Positions 34,344 to 47,892 are shown, counted from the first letter of the stretch. The stretch is DNA of 64,000 nucleotides from Lama guanicoe (GCA_013239625.1 MU057325.1:186001-250000), one strand, 5' to 3'. Notes: a model not told the origin generated them from the letters alone. Program-made: numbers and translations.

Positions 34344-34624
34344 CTGTGTTTTAGAAGAACTCAGTATTAATTCTGTGAAACAAAGTTTCAAAACTAGCCT
34401 CAAATATAAAACTCGAAATACTGGGGCAGAAAGCTACTTGGGTGTTCTCTGTTTTCCCTTTTGGTTCAAAAATCCGTTTTCCCTCAAGAGCGCAAAGGGA
34501 ACATAGTCTTTAACACACTTTAGGTTTCAGGAGACAGACTGACCCAATGTTAGGCAAAGTTTTAGCTCATCTGAAGGCATAGCCACCTCCACCACAACCC
34601 CAGCGGCTCCTGAAACTGACTTAC

Positions 34625-34718
34625 AGACTGGAGAGCGTTGCGGCCAAGTATCAGTTTGTCTTCACAGATGATGCTGTCCCTCTGAACTCGGTTGGCAATT
34701 TGCTGCAACATTTCCAAC
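34625..34718 (-). CDS. DST: DST exon [12 protein letters not shown]...NALQS (acceptor shared by BPAG1e exon 1 and the upstream a/b exon)
   Basis: cttag|G TTG ... TCT|gtaagt; 94 nt; both upstream donors are phase 2. Confidence 0.95.
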
Positions 34719-34838
34719 CTAAGAGAAGGGGCAGACAGAATAACATAAAGCCTCTCCTTTGAAGTCGCAGTCTTCGCCACCCCTGGAAAAAGCAGCCCAC
34801 CGGAAGCAAAACACGATCCCACACCAGCGACTCCGTAC

Positions 34839-35005
34839 CTGTGACCATCGACAGATTCATTGCCAAAGCTGATGCAGGAGTTGATCAGCGTCGGACCACA
34901 ATGAACCGAGAGGAGATTTTCATTTGAATCGAGACTGGTTCGGGTGCTAGTCGTGTTACTGAACACAGAATCGCTGCTATGGTAGCTGTAACTACTGCTG
35001 TGCAT
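34839..35005 (-). CDS. DST: BPAG1e-specific first coding exon [15 protein letters not shown]...VDGHR
   Basis: aaaATGCAC start; AG|gtacgg donor; recognisable BP230 N-terminus. Confidence 0.95.
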
Positions 35006-35099
35006 TTTTACCCCTGAAATGATGCTCCTTCTTTGACCGTGAAAAGTAAACTAGAAAGCAGACGGTCTGCAAAAACTTCTGCTTCTAACACTGAAAAGG

Positions 35100-35330
35100 G
35101 GCGGCTGAATGTTACAGCGTTAACGGCTCCTTAAATAGGCTTCAAGATGCATATTCCACACACAGCAAATAAATACGCTGATAGCTATTCAAAAGAGTCT
35201 GGCCTCCAGCCCTATGTTTGCTGGCAGAGGGCTGCCTTTTGTAGCCTGCACGGAAGCCTGGCATGTACGAACAAGGCAGGTTGTTCGGGGCGTCACTGGA
35301 AAAGACTTGCCAAATATTTTCACCCAGAGT
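35100..35330 (-). promoter_or_regulatory. BPAG1e internal keratinocyte promoter
   Basis: TATTTAA at 35137-35131; Inr-like CATT near 35109; p63-type double half-site at 35259-35278; CAAATATTTT at 35311-35320. Confidence 0.75.
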
Positions 35331-36094
35331 CATCCGCCTGCAACCGCCTCAAAAACAACTCAGATGTCTCACCGAAGCCCAGCGACCATTAGCAAAGGGG
35401 AGTCTGGCAATACCAATTGTCAGCCAGAAGAATCCATCAGAGCCTGACCACAGCCTTCTGGAAAGGACCAGGTCGGTACTGAGCAACAGGGCTAAAGCCT
35501 GGGACGGGAAAGCGCCTGCCAACAGATGAGTGTGACAGTAAACCAAGTACAGACACTTCCAGGGTAACCACCAGGTCATTCGTTTATGAGGTTCAATGTC
35601 CTGAAAAAGTATCCATTTACCATTTACGTGCTCCCAAGGACGTTATGCCTTACTAAAGTTCCTTGGCATTTTTAAAAGCCAAGCACTAAGCAGAATATCA
35701 GTGTGATGCTTGCAAGTTCCATCTGTCTGTGCTTGTTCTGTCTTTCTAGAGGTGATTGCCTGGCGTAAGAACGTTGGCTCTTTCTCTTTTGTCTTTCACG
35801 TGGTCCCATGCCACACAGCTATTATTTTGCAATACAGACTTCCTGCCAAAAAACTTGTTGCATCAAGAAAAACGAAGGCTTTATCTAGCCCAGCTCCGAA
35901 ATATTTTCCTACGCCCAATGCTACAAAGCCAAACTGCTGCTTCTCCACCTGGACGGAGATAACTGTGCTTTTCAGAAAGCAAAGGGGAATCCGAGAGCGC
36001 CCTGTCACGTATAGTCAGCGCACAGAAAAGCACAAATTACTAAGAGCAGCGCCTAACGTTTCTTCGGCAGCTGTGACGTGTCAGGAAATTGATG

Positions 36095-36270
36095 ATTTTA
36101 GAGACACACTCATAACCCGCAAATGCGGTAGGTAGTATTATGTCCTGTTTACAAGCGACGAGACTGAAGCTTTGAGAGCTTAGTGAACCTGAGATTCCCC
36201 GGCTTGCAAACCAAGCTAATAATTCATCCAGGACTGACTGGCTCCTGGACCCTGAACTCAACCACATGAT
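36095..36270 (-). mobile_element. MIR
   Basis: aggtagtattatgtcctgtttacaagcgacgagactgaagc. Confidence 0.6.
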
Positions 36271-37351
36271 CTTTTATTAACATATATTCAAACCCAGCTG
36301 CTACTCTGATGATGGACATCTGCCATGTACCCCCTCTGGCGTATTTGCCCTTATTTCAGAGGATAAGCTGAGTATTCTAACCACCCAGAATCATCTCCAT
36401 GAAAGGTCCCTCCTGGGTAGTCCAGGCGTGTTCTGGTTCTAGTGATCCAGTTGTGCAGATATAATAATGTACTTTAAGAAGTGCATTAGATTCATCAGTA
36501 ATTTAATGAAGGCCTCACTACACAGACTTGCTCCTGCATCTTCAATGCATCAGTGCATACTTCTTTCATGTGGAAGTGATGAGGGACCCTCAGGACCCTG
36601 AGGGCCCCTGTGTAGCAGGCCCGGTGTTAAGTCTGCCAACACAAGGGATGGCAAAAAAAAAGCTTTCACGTAATGAAAGCTCACAGCTGTGGAACAGGCA
36701 GCCCTTATCCCAGCAATCACAGAAATGAACACAAAATTACAACCGAGATAAGGAACAGCAGCTAGGAAGGAACAACACGTGAACTAGGAAGGTTACAACC
36801 AAGACGCCTGGACCAGCCTGGGAGGCCGCGGGAAGTCTCTGGAGGAAACGACGTGGGAGCTGAGATCTGAGAAAGATGAGGAGTCAAGAGAGATGGGGAG
36901 GGTGAAACTGACTTCCCTGCCGAAGGAACGCATGGTGCAAAGACCCCTTAATGGGGCAGGGTGGGCCTTGGCACATCAGGGCTACTGAGAGGCAGGCAGC
37001 GTGGCTGCCCCACAGACATGGGAGGTGTGACACCACGGGCCTGAGGGCTACACCTGTCCTGGCCTCCAGGCTGTAAGACCAGGCCCATGGACTCAGGCCA
37101 CAAGCCCCATTCACCACAAGTCAGGCTGCGACGCACAGACTACGATGGAGACAGATCCGTCCCCCAGACGTCTCCTGAGGGCTACATGGTACCTTCCTGG
37201 GCATGTGGGTATAGTGGGAGAGACAGGTTGAGGTCAGTGATGACTTTCTGGAGTAAGTGCATTCGTGGACATGGGATGAGGCGAACGTGAGCCGGCATTT
37301 ACTAAGTGTTCTCCAGATGCCACCTCACTGCCCTTCAAACAGAGGTCTTGC

Positions 37352-37490
37352 GGGGAAGGTATAGCTCAGCGGTACAGCACATGCTTAACATGCATGAGGT
37401 CCCGGGTTCAATCCCCAGTGCCTCCGTTAAAGAATAAATACATAAATAAACCTAACCACCCACCCCCAAAAATAAAACAAACAAAAAAAC
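37352..37490 (+). mobile_element. tRNA-derived SINE
   Basis: SINE head; TSD aaa.agaggtct. Confidence 0.85.
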
Positions 37491-38118
37491 AAATAGAGGT
37501 CTCATTGCCCCATGGGAAGAGGGCCACAGCCAAAAATGTAACAAGAAATAAACTAAGTTAACTGCTGGTCTATGTATAAGTGTCCAGACCCAGGCCTTGG
37601 AGACTTAAATCAGTTTGAGAACTCCTCACTGGTAATCCTGATTGACTTTAAAACTGTAACCACCCGTTATACACAGATGTGTGAATAGCTGTTGTATGTA
37701 ACAGTTATACGTGTATATACTATTTATGTAACAGTCACAGATGTATCACTGAATCACTTTGCTGAACACCTGAAACTAACACTGTACATCAACTACACTT
37801 CAATAAAAAATAAACAAATAAATAAAACAACCAATCAAAAAAAAGCGGTAGCCACCATACTGAATGAGACTTCATGCGCCAACCGAGCTTAGCAGGCCCT
37901 CTCTGACATTCCTCCACTGAGTCAAGTCCTCAAACCCCAAGGAAGAGCTTCTCGATGAGAAAATGAAGCAGCAGAAAGACCAAGGTCACACAGCCAAGCA
38001 AGTGGAAAAGGAGATCAATGCTGGTCCCAGGCCAGCCAGTCTCCAGAGCTTAAGTTCTTCCCACGTGAGAAGAGCCCCCTCCCATCGCGACAGCCGGGGC
38101 ACAAAACACCCCCATCAC

Positions 38119-38246
38119 CTTTCCACCTCGGGACGCAGAGCCTTCTCCCTCTCCAGCATGGCGATGATGAGCTTCCCCCATTCTTTTTCTATGTCGTTTG
38201 GGTGATAACCTTGAAGGAGTTTGATGCGTCCAAACTCTATCCAAAT
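38119..38246 (-). CDS. DST: DST exon [23 protein letters not shown]...EVER
   Basis: tctag|ATT ... AG|gtgatg; 128 nt. Confidence 0.95.
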
Positions 38247-38364
38247 CTAGAGAAAAGAAAAAAAAGTTAACATGAAGCAAAGATGTCAGAACTTATGTTT
38301 TTTTAAATAAAGAGAGATTATTAATAAAGATGATGTCGACAACACAAAGGAAGCTTCCACTCAC

Positions 38365-38460
38365 CTCCAATAATTTATATAGGCGTTTAATTTTTGATTT
38401 TTCTGTCTCCTTTGGTGGAATTTCTGTTTCTTTAAACTGTAAGTACTGATTATAAAGTGC
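38365..38460 (-). CDS. DST: DST exon [13 protein letters not shown]...KLLE
   Basis: ttcag|GCA ... GAG|gtgagt; 96 nt. Confidence 0.95.
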
Positions 38461-38796
38461 CTGAAATGAAAGGAAAAATAAACAGAGAGACAAACTTCAA
38501 AGACCGGTTTTCATCATCACATCATGTGGACACTTCAGATGCCGTCTCCTCTGTCACCTGCATTCGGTGGACACTTGGGACACCGACAATTCCCAGCCAG
38601 CTGGTAACCAGATTGTGTGAGGTCTGAGAAGGGTGTGATTATTGCTGTGAGCCCAGATTCAACACGTGACACACAAGGATCTGGATAGTAAAAACCACAG
38701 CAGTGTCTCCTGCAGCTCCACTATCAAACTCTTTTCGTCCAAACAAGAAGACTTATCCTTTAAAAGATGCATTTTCGGGGTGAGGGAAGCTGGTAG

Positions 38797-38890
38797 GGAA
38801 GGTATAGCTCAGGGGTAGAGCACGTGCTTAGCATGCACAAGGTCCTGGGTTCAATCCCCAGTACCTTCATTAAAAAAGAAAATTTTTTTT
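38797..38890 (+). mobile_element. tRNA-derived SINE
   Basis: SINE head; flanking aagatgca.ttt repeat. Confidence 0.82.
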
Positions 38891-39224
38891 TGAAGATGCA
38901 CTTTCCAAATGCTGCACTTTTTTAGCTTTTAGGTTTTAGAAAAATAATCTGATGCAATTCCCATAATAGGGGGTGGGGGACATTCTCCTCTATTTCATGG
39001 TCTATCCTTGAAAACAGAATTCTTATCAGATAAATAGGAGTAAAATTTGGTTTTAATGTCCCATTGGCCAAATTAAGCAGCTCCTGTAGTGAATGAAGAC
39101 ACATGCTCTTGGTTGTTGCTACTATCATGTAAGCTGAAACCATATAATTAAATTACTATCTAATTTATAGATATTAACTTGGGAATCTCTTAAATATGTT
39201 TATTATATTTATTTAAAAGGACCT

Positions 39225-39372
39225 TACTGAACTACATTCAATATCTTCTTATAACCTTTAATGGTAAAGAGTATGAAAACAAATATATGTATTATATACA
39301 TATACATGACTGGGAAATTGTGTTGCACACCAGAGATTGACACATTGTAACTGACTGTGCTTCAATTTTAAA
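39225..39372 (+). mobile_element. L1 3' end fragment
   Basis: aactacattcaatatctt...cacattgtaactgact. Confidence 0.8.
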
Positions 39373-40814
39373 AGAGCACCTTATAAAAATTATGTTGATA
39401 CAGTGTCACCACATTTAATAATTAGAATGTAGACTAATTATTGCAAACCAATTCATGCTGCTTTAAAACAAGTCCCTGCAAATCTTCAGGCAGATTTCCC
39501 CGAAGGATTCCATTCAAAGTTTTGCTGGCTAACCAAATTACTTGGTCTTTCCCCTCGATATATTTTTTTTTCCTGCGTCACGTTCTATTCTAGGCACCAG
39601 CAAGGAATCTGTGTGGTCACTCCAACTTCTTTAATTACTTAGAAGTCTGCATTAATCAGAAGCCAGCATGAATTTGCCCAAGTGTCTGGACAACAGGAAT
39701 CCATCTGGAAGTGAGTGGAGCTTGAAACCTGAAAAACTGTTTCAAACTCGGCAACGTTTCAGGATGTCCAGCGGTGGGTAAGCGTGGAATGCCCCTATGT
39801 CTAAACACTGCTCTCAGTCTATGCGGTGACAGAGGAGGGAGGAAAGCGCTCCTGCCCAGGGAGCTCCCATCCGCACAGGGAGACGCCACACAAGCAATGC
39901 AGAGAACTCAGAGAGCAGCACATCAGCACACGCCAAGGAACTGCGTGCCAAGGACACACTCCCCGCGGCAACGGGAACAAAAGCTGTTCCGCAGATGTTC
40001 TGAACGGACACATGGACGCAATTAATGACTTTAACAGGGCCCATCCTGGGTGAGGTCTGTTTCTGTCATTCTAGTCCGATCAGGAAAACCAAGTCTACGT
40101 TCAAGGAATGTAGACCCAATAATTCACATTATCCACGTCTCGAAAGAAAGCACAGTACTTCGCTACGACGAACTACATACAAAACGGGACAACTTATTTT
40201 CAGGAAGTTTATATATCTGTACTGTCTTTCAATGTTTCTCTAATGTCTTGGCCTCAGAGAGGTGGACTGAGGTTCTCGGGCAGGAGTACATGTTTACCAA
40301 ACCATGAGCTCATTGACACTGCGAGTCAGGTCTGTACTTTCGAATTCATGGTGAAATATCATATGCACCTCCTGCCACACAACAGAAGCCTCTGGGGCAG
40401 TTTTTTTAACAGGATGCGACCACAGGCACATGCCCAGCCATGGCCGTACTGGGACAGGCTTCCGACCCCCTCCTGCCTGGGCCATCTGCCGGCTCCAGGC
40501 AGCTCCCGTGCACCAAAAACAACTTGGCAATGTCACTTCCAGAGACCCTCTCAAATTAAACCTTTAACTCTCAACAACTCAAACTTCAGGGACTATACAC
40601 ATTTCTTTCAGATCTAAGGTAAATAAACAGAATCAGGTTTACTTCTACTTTCTCTGTATAATAGGAATTGAATAAGTTTTTTTAAACGTATCTACTGATC
40701 AGTAGCTTGTCAAGGGCAATGCTTGTTGAACTTTGGAAATGAGAGGACCCGTTTGGCATTATTTGCAAGTTTCACCATAAGCCCCTCCCTCTCGACGTCT
40801 ACAGGGACACAGAC

Positions 40815-40934
40815 CTTGAGTTCTACAGGATTATTAGGAAATGTCCTCTCGGACATCACAGTCACGTGGTGTCGGATCCACTGGACGAGGTAGTTCACCA
40901 TATTCTGGTACTCAATCCATTTGACTTCCACATC
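40815..40934 (-). CDS. DST: DST exon [12 protein letters not shown]...PVELK
   Basis: tccag|GAT ... AAG|gtctgt; 120 nt. Confidence 0.95.
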
Positions 40935-42370
40935 CTGGAACAAGAAAATGGCAGAGAAGAATTGTTATCGTCCGCATCTGCAGACACTAACATTCACAGC
41001 ACACACGACTGGGTCACAGGTCATTCTGCGGATGGACACGTCTTTAAGCCTGACAGGACCAGCTGGATGTTTTCTTACTTTCCACCCAGTTTCAACCCTT
41101 TGCACATAAACAGCTTTAAAAGCAGGCTATCCACATCTGACCACGAAGACTGGCTTAATGAGTGCCAGTTCTGATCCAGGCCTCGTGGTGCCCAGAAGCA
41201 CCGGGCTGAGAAGTCTTCTGAGGCTGCACTGAAATGTAGCAGGAAAAACACTGTGATCAATTTTGGTTTTTTTCCCCAGGCACTCAATACACGGTGTAAG
41301 CCAGGGTAGTTTCCATCTCTGCCAGCCTTTCCCAAGTCCACCTTAAATCTGAGACTCAAAGAGTTATGCAATATGTAGGAAATGAGATGGCGATGAAAGC
41401 TACAGGAGATGTGTATGGCGGGGTTATTCAAGTCCTCATTAAGAAAACTTTCTTTTTTAAATGGAGGACTGAAAGATTGTCACTTGTGATATTCAATTAA
41501 GTATCTGATGAGTGCGTATCCTGTTCAAAGCACTGTGTGAAGTGTTATAATAAGAACACAATGCTTGAAGACAATACCTTTGAGCAGTTACTGTCTAGAT
41601 GACGAGGCAAGAGAGAGTCATAATATAGACAGTTAAGCAAAAAGAAAAGCAGCATTTAACAAGCGTTGAGGTAACTGAAGCAGTTTGTATATGTGTGGCA
41701 TTGAAATAAGCACCAAGCAAGCAAAACTGTGCCTCAGAAGGGTCCCTCGAGGCTTCCTGGGAAAGGGGGACCCTGAGCAGTTCTAACATGACCAGTAACT
41801 GCTGGTGGGTGCAGGAAGCAGCAGACAAAAGACGGGGGAGGTCCTAAGGGGAGTCAGGACTCTGAAACAGAAACGCCCTGGACACCACAAACGGTTTGTG
41901 CTGGGACGTCACCAGTAAGACACAGGTAACTAACACGTGCCGAGCTGTGGATGTCAGAACGGCCCGGCAGATTCCATCCAGCCAGCCGTGTGCAGCCTGG
42001 AACGTGTCCAGGCTAACCTGGTGACAATGTGCAGAATTGACGGGAAGAGGAAAACAAATGGAGACAGAACCCTGAATGACAGCTCGCACCCTTGTTCTAC
42101 GTGAAAGGCTGAGAGTGAGGAACTGGGCGGACGCTGCGAGATCAAGCAAGGATTGGCCGCTAGAACCTTCTGGAGCAACGCTCAGCCCTGAATGACTGGC
42201 AGACACTGGAGGGGAGGAGGAGCGAGGGAGCAAGTCACTCGGGGATCAGCCTTCGGGACAAAGAACAAGAGGAGAGAATAGAAATATGCCTACGACGACA
42301 GCACACAGAGGCGAAACAGGAGACCAGAGAGGGGAGCTCCTAGGTCCTCTAAGTGAAACAGGATGGAGGA

Positions 42371-42472
42371 GGGGAGGGTATAGCTCAGTGGTAGAGCGCC
42401 TGCTTAGCATGCACAAGGACCTCCTCTAAAAATAAACAAACAAACCTAATTATCCCGCCTGCCCCCCTCCCA
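42371..42472 (+). mobile_element. tRNA-derived SINE with internal deletion of the B-box
   Basis: Head jumps from gcacaaggac to ctcctctaaa. Confidence 0.8.
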
Positions 42473-42906
42473 AAAGTGGCAATTCAGAAAGGAGGTATCT
42501 GCAGGAGGCGTGGGGCAGCCAGGGTGAGGGGGGCTCCCCGCCAGACACACGACCCACGACAGCGTGTCCTGTTTTCCTCCAGAAACGCACAGGCACAAAA
42601 CACATGGCTGCAATGAACTGCACAAACCCTGGGGACCAATAAAGAGCCCAAAGCTACATGTCAGAGACTTTGCCCTGCCACGAAGTAGCTCTGTTCCTTT
42701 GTTCAAATCAAATCACCTTCCTCCAAGCCTCACCTTTTAATCAGAAAACAATCATCTCCTGGGATCACCTAAGGTAATAAACCTGAAAGTGACTTCAGAA
42801 GTGAGATATTCTACACGTACAGAAGGACACCAAACAGAGCAGCTGCAAAACAGCAGCAAGTGAAACCCTCTTACTGGAGCGGTTATAGCTTTTACTTCTC
42901 AAGTGA

Positions 42907-43110
42907 GGGGGGAGGGTACAGCTCAAGTGGTAGAGCGCATGCTTAGCGCAACACGGTCCTGGGTTGCATCCCCAACACCTCCTCTAAAAATAAAATATGT
43001 AAGTAAACCTAATTCCCAGTACCTCATCTAAAAATAAATAAGTAAACCTAATTACCTCCCCCTAAAAAAATAAATAAAACATATTTTTTAAAGAAATAAA
43101 ATTAGATTTT
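42907..43110 (+). mobile_element. tRNA-derived SINE with duplicated tail
   Basis: Head plus two copies of ctaaaaataaa...gtaaacctaatt. Confidence 0.82.
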
Positions 43111-43370
43111 AAAAAGGAGATAAAATGACATGCAATTCTGAACAGCCTACTATACTGATAACACAAAGACTTTTTTTGCGTTCTACTTCAATTGCAATAG
43201 TGGAATGGCGCCCTTCAAATGCACATGGTATCCATTTATTGAAGAGTGTAATAACCCAAATCCTTTAAAAAATACGCGATATTTTAAACCTGTACCAAGC
43301 ACTATCAGAGAATTCAGTCAACCGGTCTTTTCTGAGTGAACAGCTTCTGGGCGGAAAAATCAGTACTCAC

Positions 43371-43477
43371 ATTTGCACCGATGCCTTCTCCGCCCTCAGG
43401 GACTTTGGGGAATGCATCATAGAGAGATGACACGTAAGTTATTACTGACTTTTCATCAGGTGAGGAGACGTCAACAT
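43371..43477 (-). CDS. DST: DST exon (end of CH2) [24 protein letters not shown]...GAN
   Basis: ttcag|AT GTT ... AAT|gtgagt; 107 nt. Confidence 0.96.
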
Positions 43478-43572
43478 CTGAAAGCAGCGACATGAATTAT
43501 TTCAAAATGCTGACAAATTTCTGCAGATCAGACTTTCAAGCCAGGCTCCCTCTAATCGAGACAGTCACTCAC

Positions 43573-43685
43573 CTTCAGGATCCAGAAGTCTTATGACACC
43601 GATTTTTTCGGCCACGTAAAAAGCGTGCTCTAAATTTGCAAGGTTGCTTTGAACAGCAACAGTATTCATGTCTATCAGGTCCGGC
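43573..43685 (-). CDS. DST: DST exon (CH2) [10 protein letters not shown]...NLEHAF...RLLDPE
   Basis: cctag|G CCG ... G|gtgagt; 113 nt. Confidence 0.96.
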
Positions 43686-44010
43686 CTAGGAAAAAATTCA
43701 CCGTGTTAATTACATCCCTAGCTTGCTGATTCAATGTGAAATTCATGTGTGTCTATTTACAGAACAACTCCTGCACTGAACACTAACACTACACCTGTGC
43801 TGAAATACAGAGATTTTCATCAAACCTCTAACATTGCTCACTTCTCTCAGAAACTTCTGTGGAAACAACCTGANNNNNNNNNNNNNNNNNNNNNNNNNNN
43901 NNNNNNNNNNNNNNNNNNNNNNNNNNNNNNNNNNNNNNNNNNNNNNNNNNNNNNNNNNNNNNNNNNNNNNNNNNNNNNNNNNNNNNNNNNNNNNNNNNNN
44001 NNNNNNNNNN

Positions 44011-44438
44011 CAGAGAAAGACAAAATATCATATGATATCATTTATATGTGGAATCTAAAAAAATGACAGAAATGAACTTATTTATAAACCAGCAGCAGAC
44101 TCACAGGTATGGAAAACAAACTTATAGTTACCAAAGGGGAAAAGGGTGGGGGAATAAATTGGGAGTTTGGGATTTGTAGATAAAGACTACTACACACGAT
44201 AAAAGAGACAAACAACAAGGTCCTACTGTACAGCACAGGGCATCGATACAATATATCAACATATCCCCTGTGCTATATAGGGTGTCTATTACAAGACAGT
44301 GAATATATCAGTATTCAGTGAATATATCAACATCTTGGAATAGCCCCATAATGAAATATGTGTGTAATGAATCGCTATGCTGCATACCGGAAACTAACAG
44401 AGCATTGTAAATCAACTAAACTTCAGTTTTAAAAAAAA
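44011..44438 (+). mobile_element. L1 3' fragment, 5' part in gap
   Basis: cagagaaagacaaaatatcatatgatatc... Confidence 0.85.
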
Positions 44439-45140
44439 GAGAGACACCCTTTTTGGCCAAAGCAAACGGAACAAGGAAAATAAAACATAATGTATAAACT
44501 TTCAGCAAATTCTACAACTTCCTCGTAATCAGAATACATAGGAGTATCTGCCCCATTTAACTGATTTAAGCTCCACTCCTTCAATGGGATCCTTCTAACC
44601 CAACTAGCATCTCCTCGGCATTTCTCCCCGGACACAAAGAGCTCACGCCCGCTTCCCGGTCACTCCCACGGCACAGCCCCCACCGCCCTGCAGGCGCCCT
44701 TTCCAGACACTGCTGTATTCCACAACCTAACTCATCCTGCGGGCAGAGATCAGGTCCCACCTCCTCTATGGGGCCCTCCCTAACCTCCCCAGCCCTCATT
44801 TTTCTCTCTGTTCTCTGAACTCCTTATACTCCTGGGCCTGGGCCCAGGCCCATTAATCTGGCATTTGGAATAATCACATCCTTCTTTGCCCTATAGATTC
44901 ACTGTGTAATGTGCAGGTACATCTTGTTTCTCCCAACTGGTCAACTTCCAGGACTGCAAGAACCACATGGTATTAGTAAACTTTTGCACCTTACCCCTCT
45001 GCTGACATAGAGGGGCATCGACATTGCAGACGCTCAGTAGTACCTACAGATGAGTCGGTAAGCAGGTTGGTTAGTTAGTAAATTGAATCCTACATGAAAG
45101 ACCAAAGTAAGCACTAGCTTATAGCTTCACAAGCATTGTG

Positions 45141-45142
<2 letters not shown>

Positions 45143-45181
<39 letters not shown>
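45143..45181. repeat. (CA)n microsatellite, about 19 units
   Basis: Seen directly. Confidence 0.95.
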
Positions 45182-45183
<2 letters not shown>

Positions 45184-47327
45184 CACGCAGACACACTGTC
45201 ATATAGCAGAGACTGCACCTCTTTCTAATTAGTGAGACTTGTATGATCCTCTAAGCCACAGGGCTCACTGGAAGCGGGCTGTGTCTACATAATAGACAAG
45301 AAAAGACTTCCCAAATACTCCTTGAACAAACAGGGTCCTTGGAAACTTAACGCAAGGCCAGAAGCCAGTCAGGAAACCGTCCTTTCAAAAAACAAAGCAC
45401 TGCAAGAAAGCAGACATCCATGTGGAAACAGGAAAGCCTTCAACAAGAGCACTCCAAAAATCTCTGAGTTAAGAACCCGCTTCTCCACTTCCAAAGAAAG
45501 GCTCTCTCTACCCTCCCCAGGCATTCTGGCTTTCTCAAAATGGCCATTTGGGGATCTGGAGACAGAGTGGGAGGGCTCAGAGGCAGGGTGGGAGGGAGAC
45601 ATGCAGTTACTCTGAGCACTATTAGCAGGCGCTTTACATGAGAAACTCTTTGGAAATGTATCATTAATCTTAGGAAGGTAAACAGCAATTTGCACTCTGA
45701 TGTTTATCTGCTGAGAAAGCAGACCTCCAAAGAAATCCACTTCCAGCTTTTAAAGGACTCTGAAGTGCTCAAAATCTTGAAATTTGACCACTATCTACCT
45801 ACCTACTTCCTAGGAAATTATTAGGAAGTTCCTTAGTGCTTTTCACCTTGCCACCACCGAGATCCCTGAGAAGGAACCCTACGTTGATTAGGGGAACAAG
45901 AAACCCACTGACAACAATAGAGGTAAATGACATACCTCTCAAAGAACACTTTTTACTCCGACGGAAGCATCAGAAAGACGCTGCCAACGTCAAGATTACT
46001 AAACAGGTGTGTAAAACAGACTCGACCAAAACAGACACCTGAAGTTCAAAAAACTGGTCTCCATAAAGCTCAGACATTCTGAAGGCACAGAAAGCAGCAT
46101 TTCTGCGTTTGCCAAATCTCCCAACAAGAAGGGGCATGCTGTCCTGCAAGCCTGCCATCAGCGAGAAAAAGCAAACACTGAGTCATCCCCGAGAGAATGA
46201 ATACAGTCATTGAAGAACCCAGTTCCCAACTCGGAGAATGAAACAGAAAAGCTGCCTTCAGGATGACACAGTCGCTTCAGCACAAAGGCGGCTGTGTAAT
46301 GCCCTGATTTGGGGTAAGTCACCTCTCCTAGCGTCATATTTAACACTTTAAAGGAACTAAGACTTCAGTGGTTTCCCTCCATTCACATGATGCAGTGGAC
46401 AAAAATGAACAAATAAGCAAGAAGTTTTTTAAGACCACTCTGAAAAAGCAGGCGGAACGTGCTCAGAATCCCACCCCTCCCCCAGGGCCTCCTTTCAGCC
46501 CCCACCCTGCCTCTCTGTTTGTCTGAAGGTTCCAGAAGGTGCATGTGCTGTGACCTACCTGCCTTCTAGAAGCTTCCAGAAGCTGCCTTCCTGGGACCAC
46601 ACAACCCTTACGAACAAACTTCAGCTTTCTCCCACCTCCGGGAGATTTTCATTTTCATTCCAAAGTTTTCATTTCCCTGTAATTTCTCCTTTTTGTGGAA
46701 CTTTAACTGGAAATTTGATTCCATCTTGGGTTTGACAAAGCAAAGACCGCTAAGCTGTGGGTAGCCACGTTCCTGAATTACAGACTAGACGGTCGAGCAT
46801 TCACTCTTCTGATTTCCCTGTTTTCTGGAAACCCTTCAAAATGATATAATGTAACCCTCCGCCACCTAAAATCATATATACTAGTCTTGCATGGGGGAAA
46901 AAAAAGCCATTCCAACTCTTACTTGTATAAGGTAATCTTGTCTGAATGACCCAATCTTCTTGGATGGCACGTTCTAAAAACATTTATTTTTGTTTATATC
47001 CCACCTCTTCTTCATTAAATGATTAAAAATGGCTTACAAAGAAATAAAAACATGAAGTGATAAGGCAGTTTTTAAATTAGACATATAAAACCAAGATAAG
47101 GCCATACGATGAAGCTGAAAGTAAGGCCAAAAAGTGTAAACCACTCATTTACATGCTTGAGCGCCTTTAATTTGTTCCCAAAATGTAGGACAAAAAGGTA
47201 TCAAATAAAGCGGCTATTGCCACAGTAAAAAATAATTTTGGCTAAAAGTAGTTCTTATGTCTCTTACAATATTCATCTTAAAAGACCATTCTCCCTGGAG
47301 TAAGCAGATATAATACACCCCCACAAG

Positions 47328-47485
47328 CATATACATATATGTTTATATGCATATACATATACACACGGGCGTTTATATACAGGTGTGTATGCGGATATAT
47401 ACACACATATACATACACAGTATGCACACTATATAGATGAATATACATGCTATTCATATGTATCTATATTGATATATGTATATTT
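47328..47485. repeat. (TA/CA)-rich low-complexity tract
   Basis: Seen directly. Confidence 0.8.
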
Positions 47486-47892
47486 TTTCATGTATCTGTA
47501 ATACAAAGATATCACCACCCACCAACAGCCAAACTAGCAGAATATTAAAACTGTGTAAGAGATTTTTTGCTATCAACACCCCAAAGTAACTCTGCAGTCC
47601 TCAGACACTTTGCCAATATATTAGCTCACGTAAGAACTAGACAGGATTCCAAGAGAGAATGTGATTTACACAGAGTCATAAATGGCTGAAGACCAGCACA
47701 AGAGACACCCTAAAGCTTCCACATTACATCAAGTCAAACACCAAAGAGCCCAACTGCGAGGGACGTGACACAAAGTCAAAACACCTGGAAAGAAAGCCCT
47801 TGGAAATGGACATCGGCACTCACTGGAAGGGACACTGATAAAAGCCAGCTGGGAGAATCCATTAGTGCAGGCAGAAGATTACCAAATCCTAG

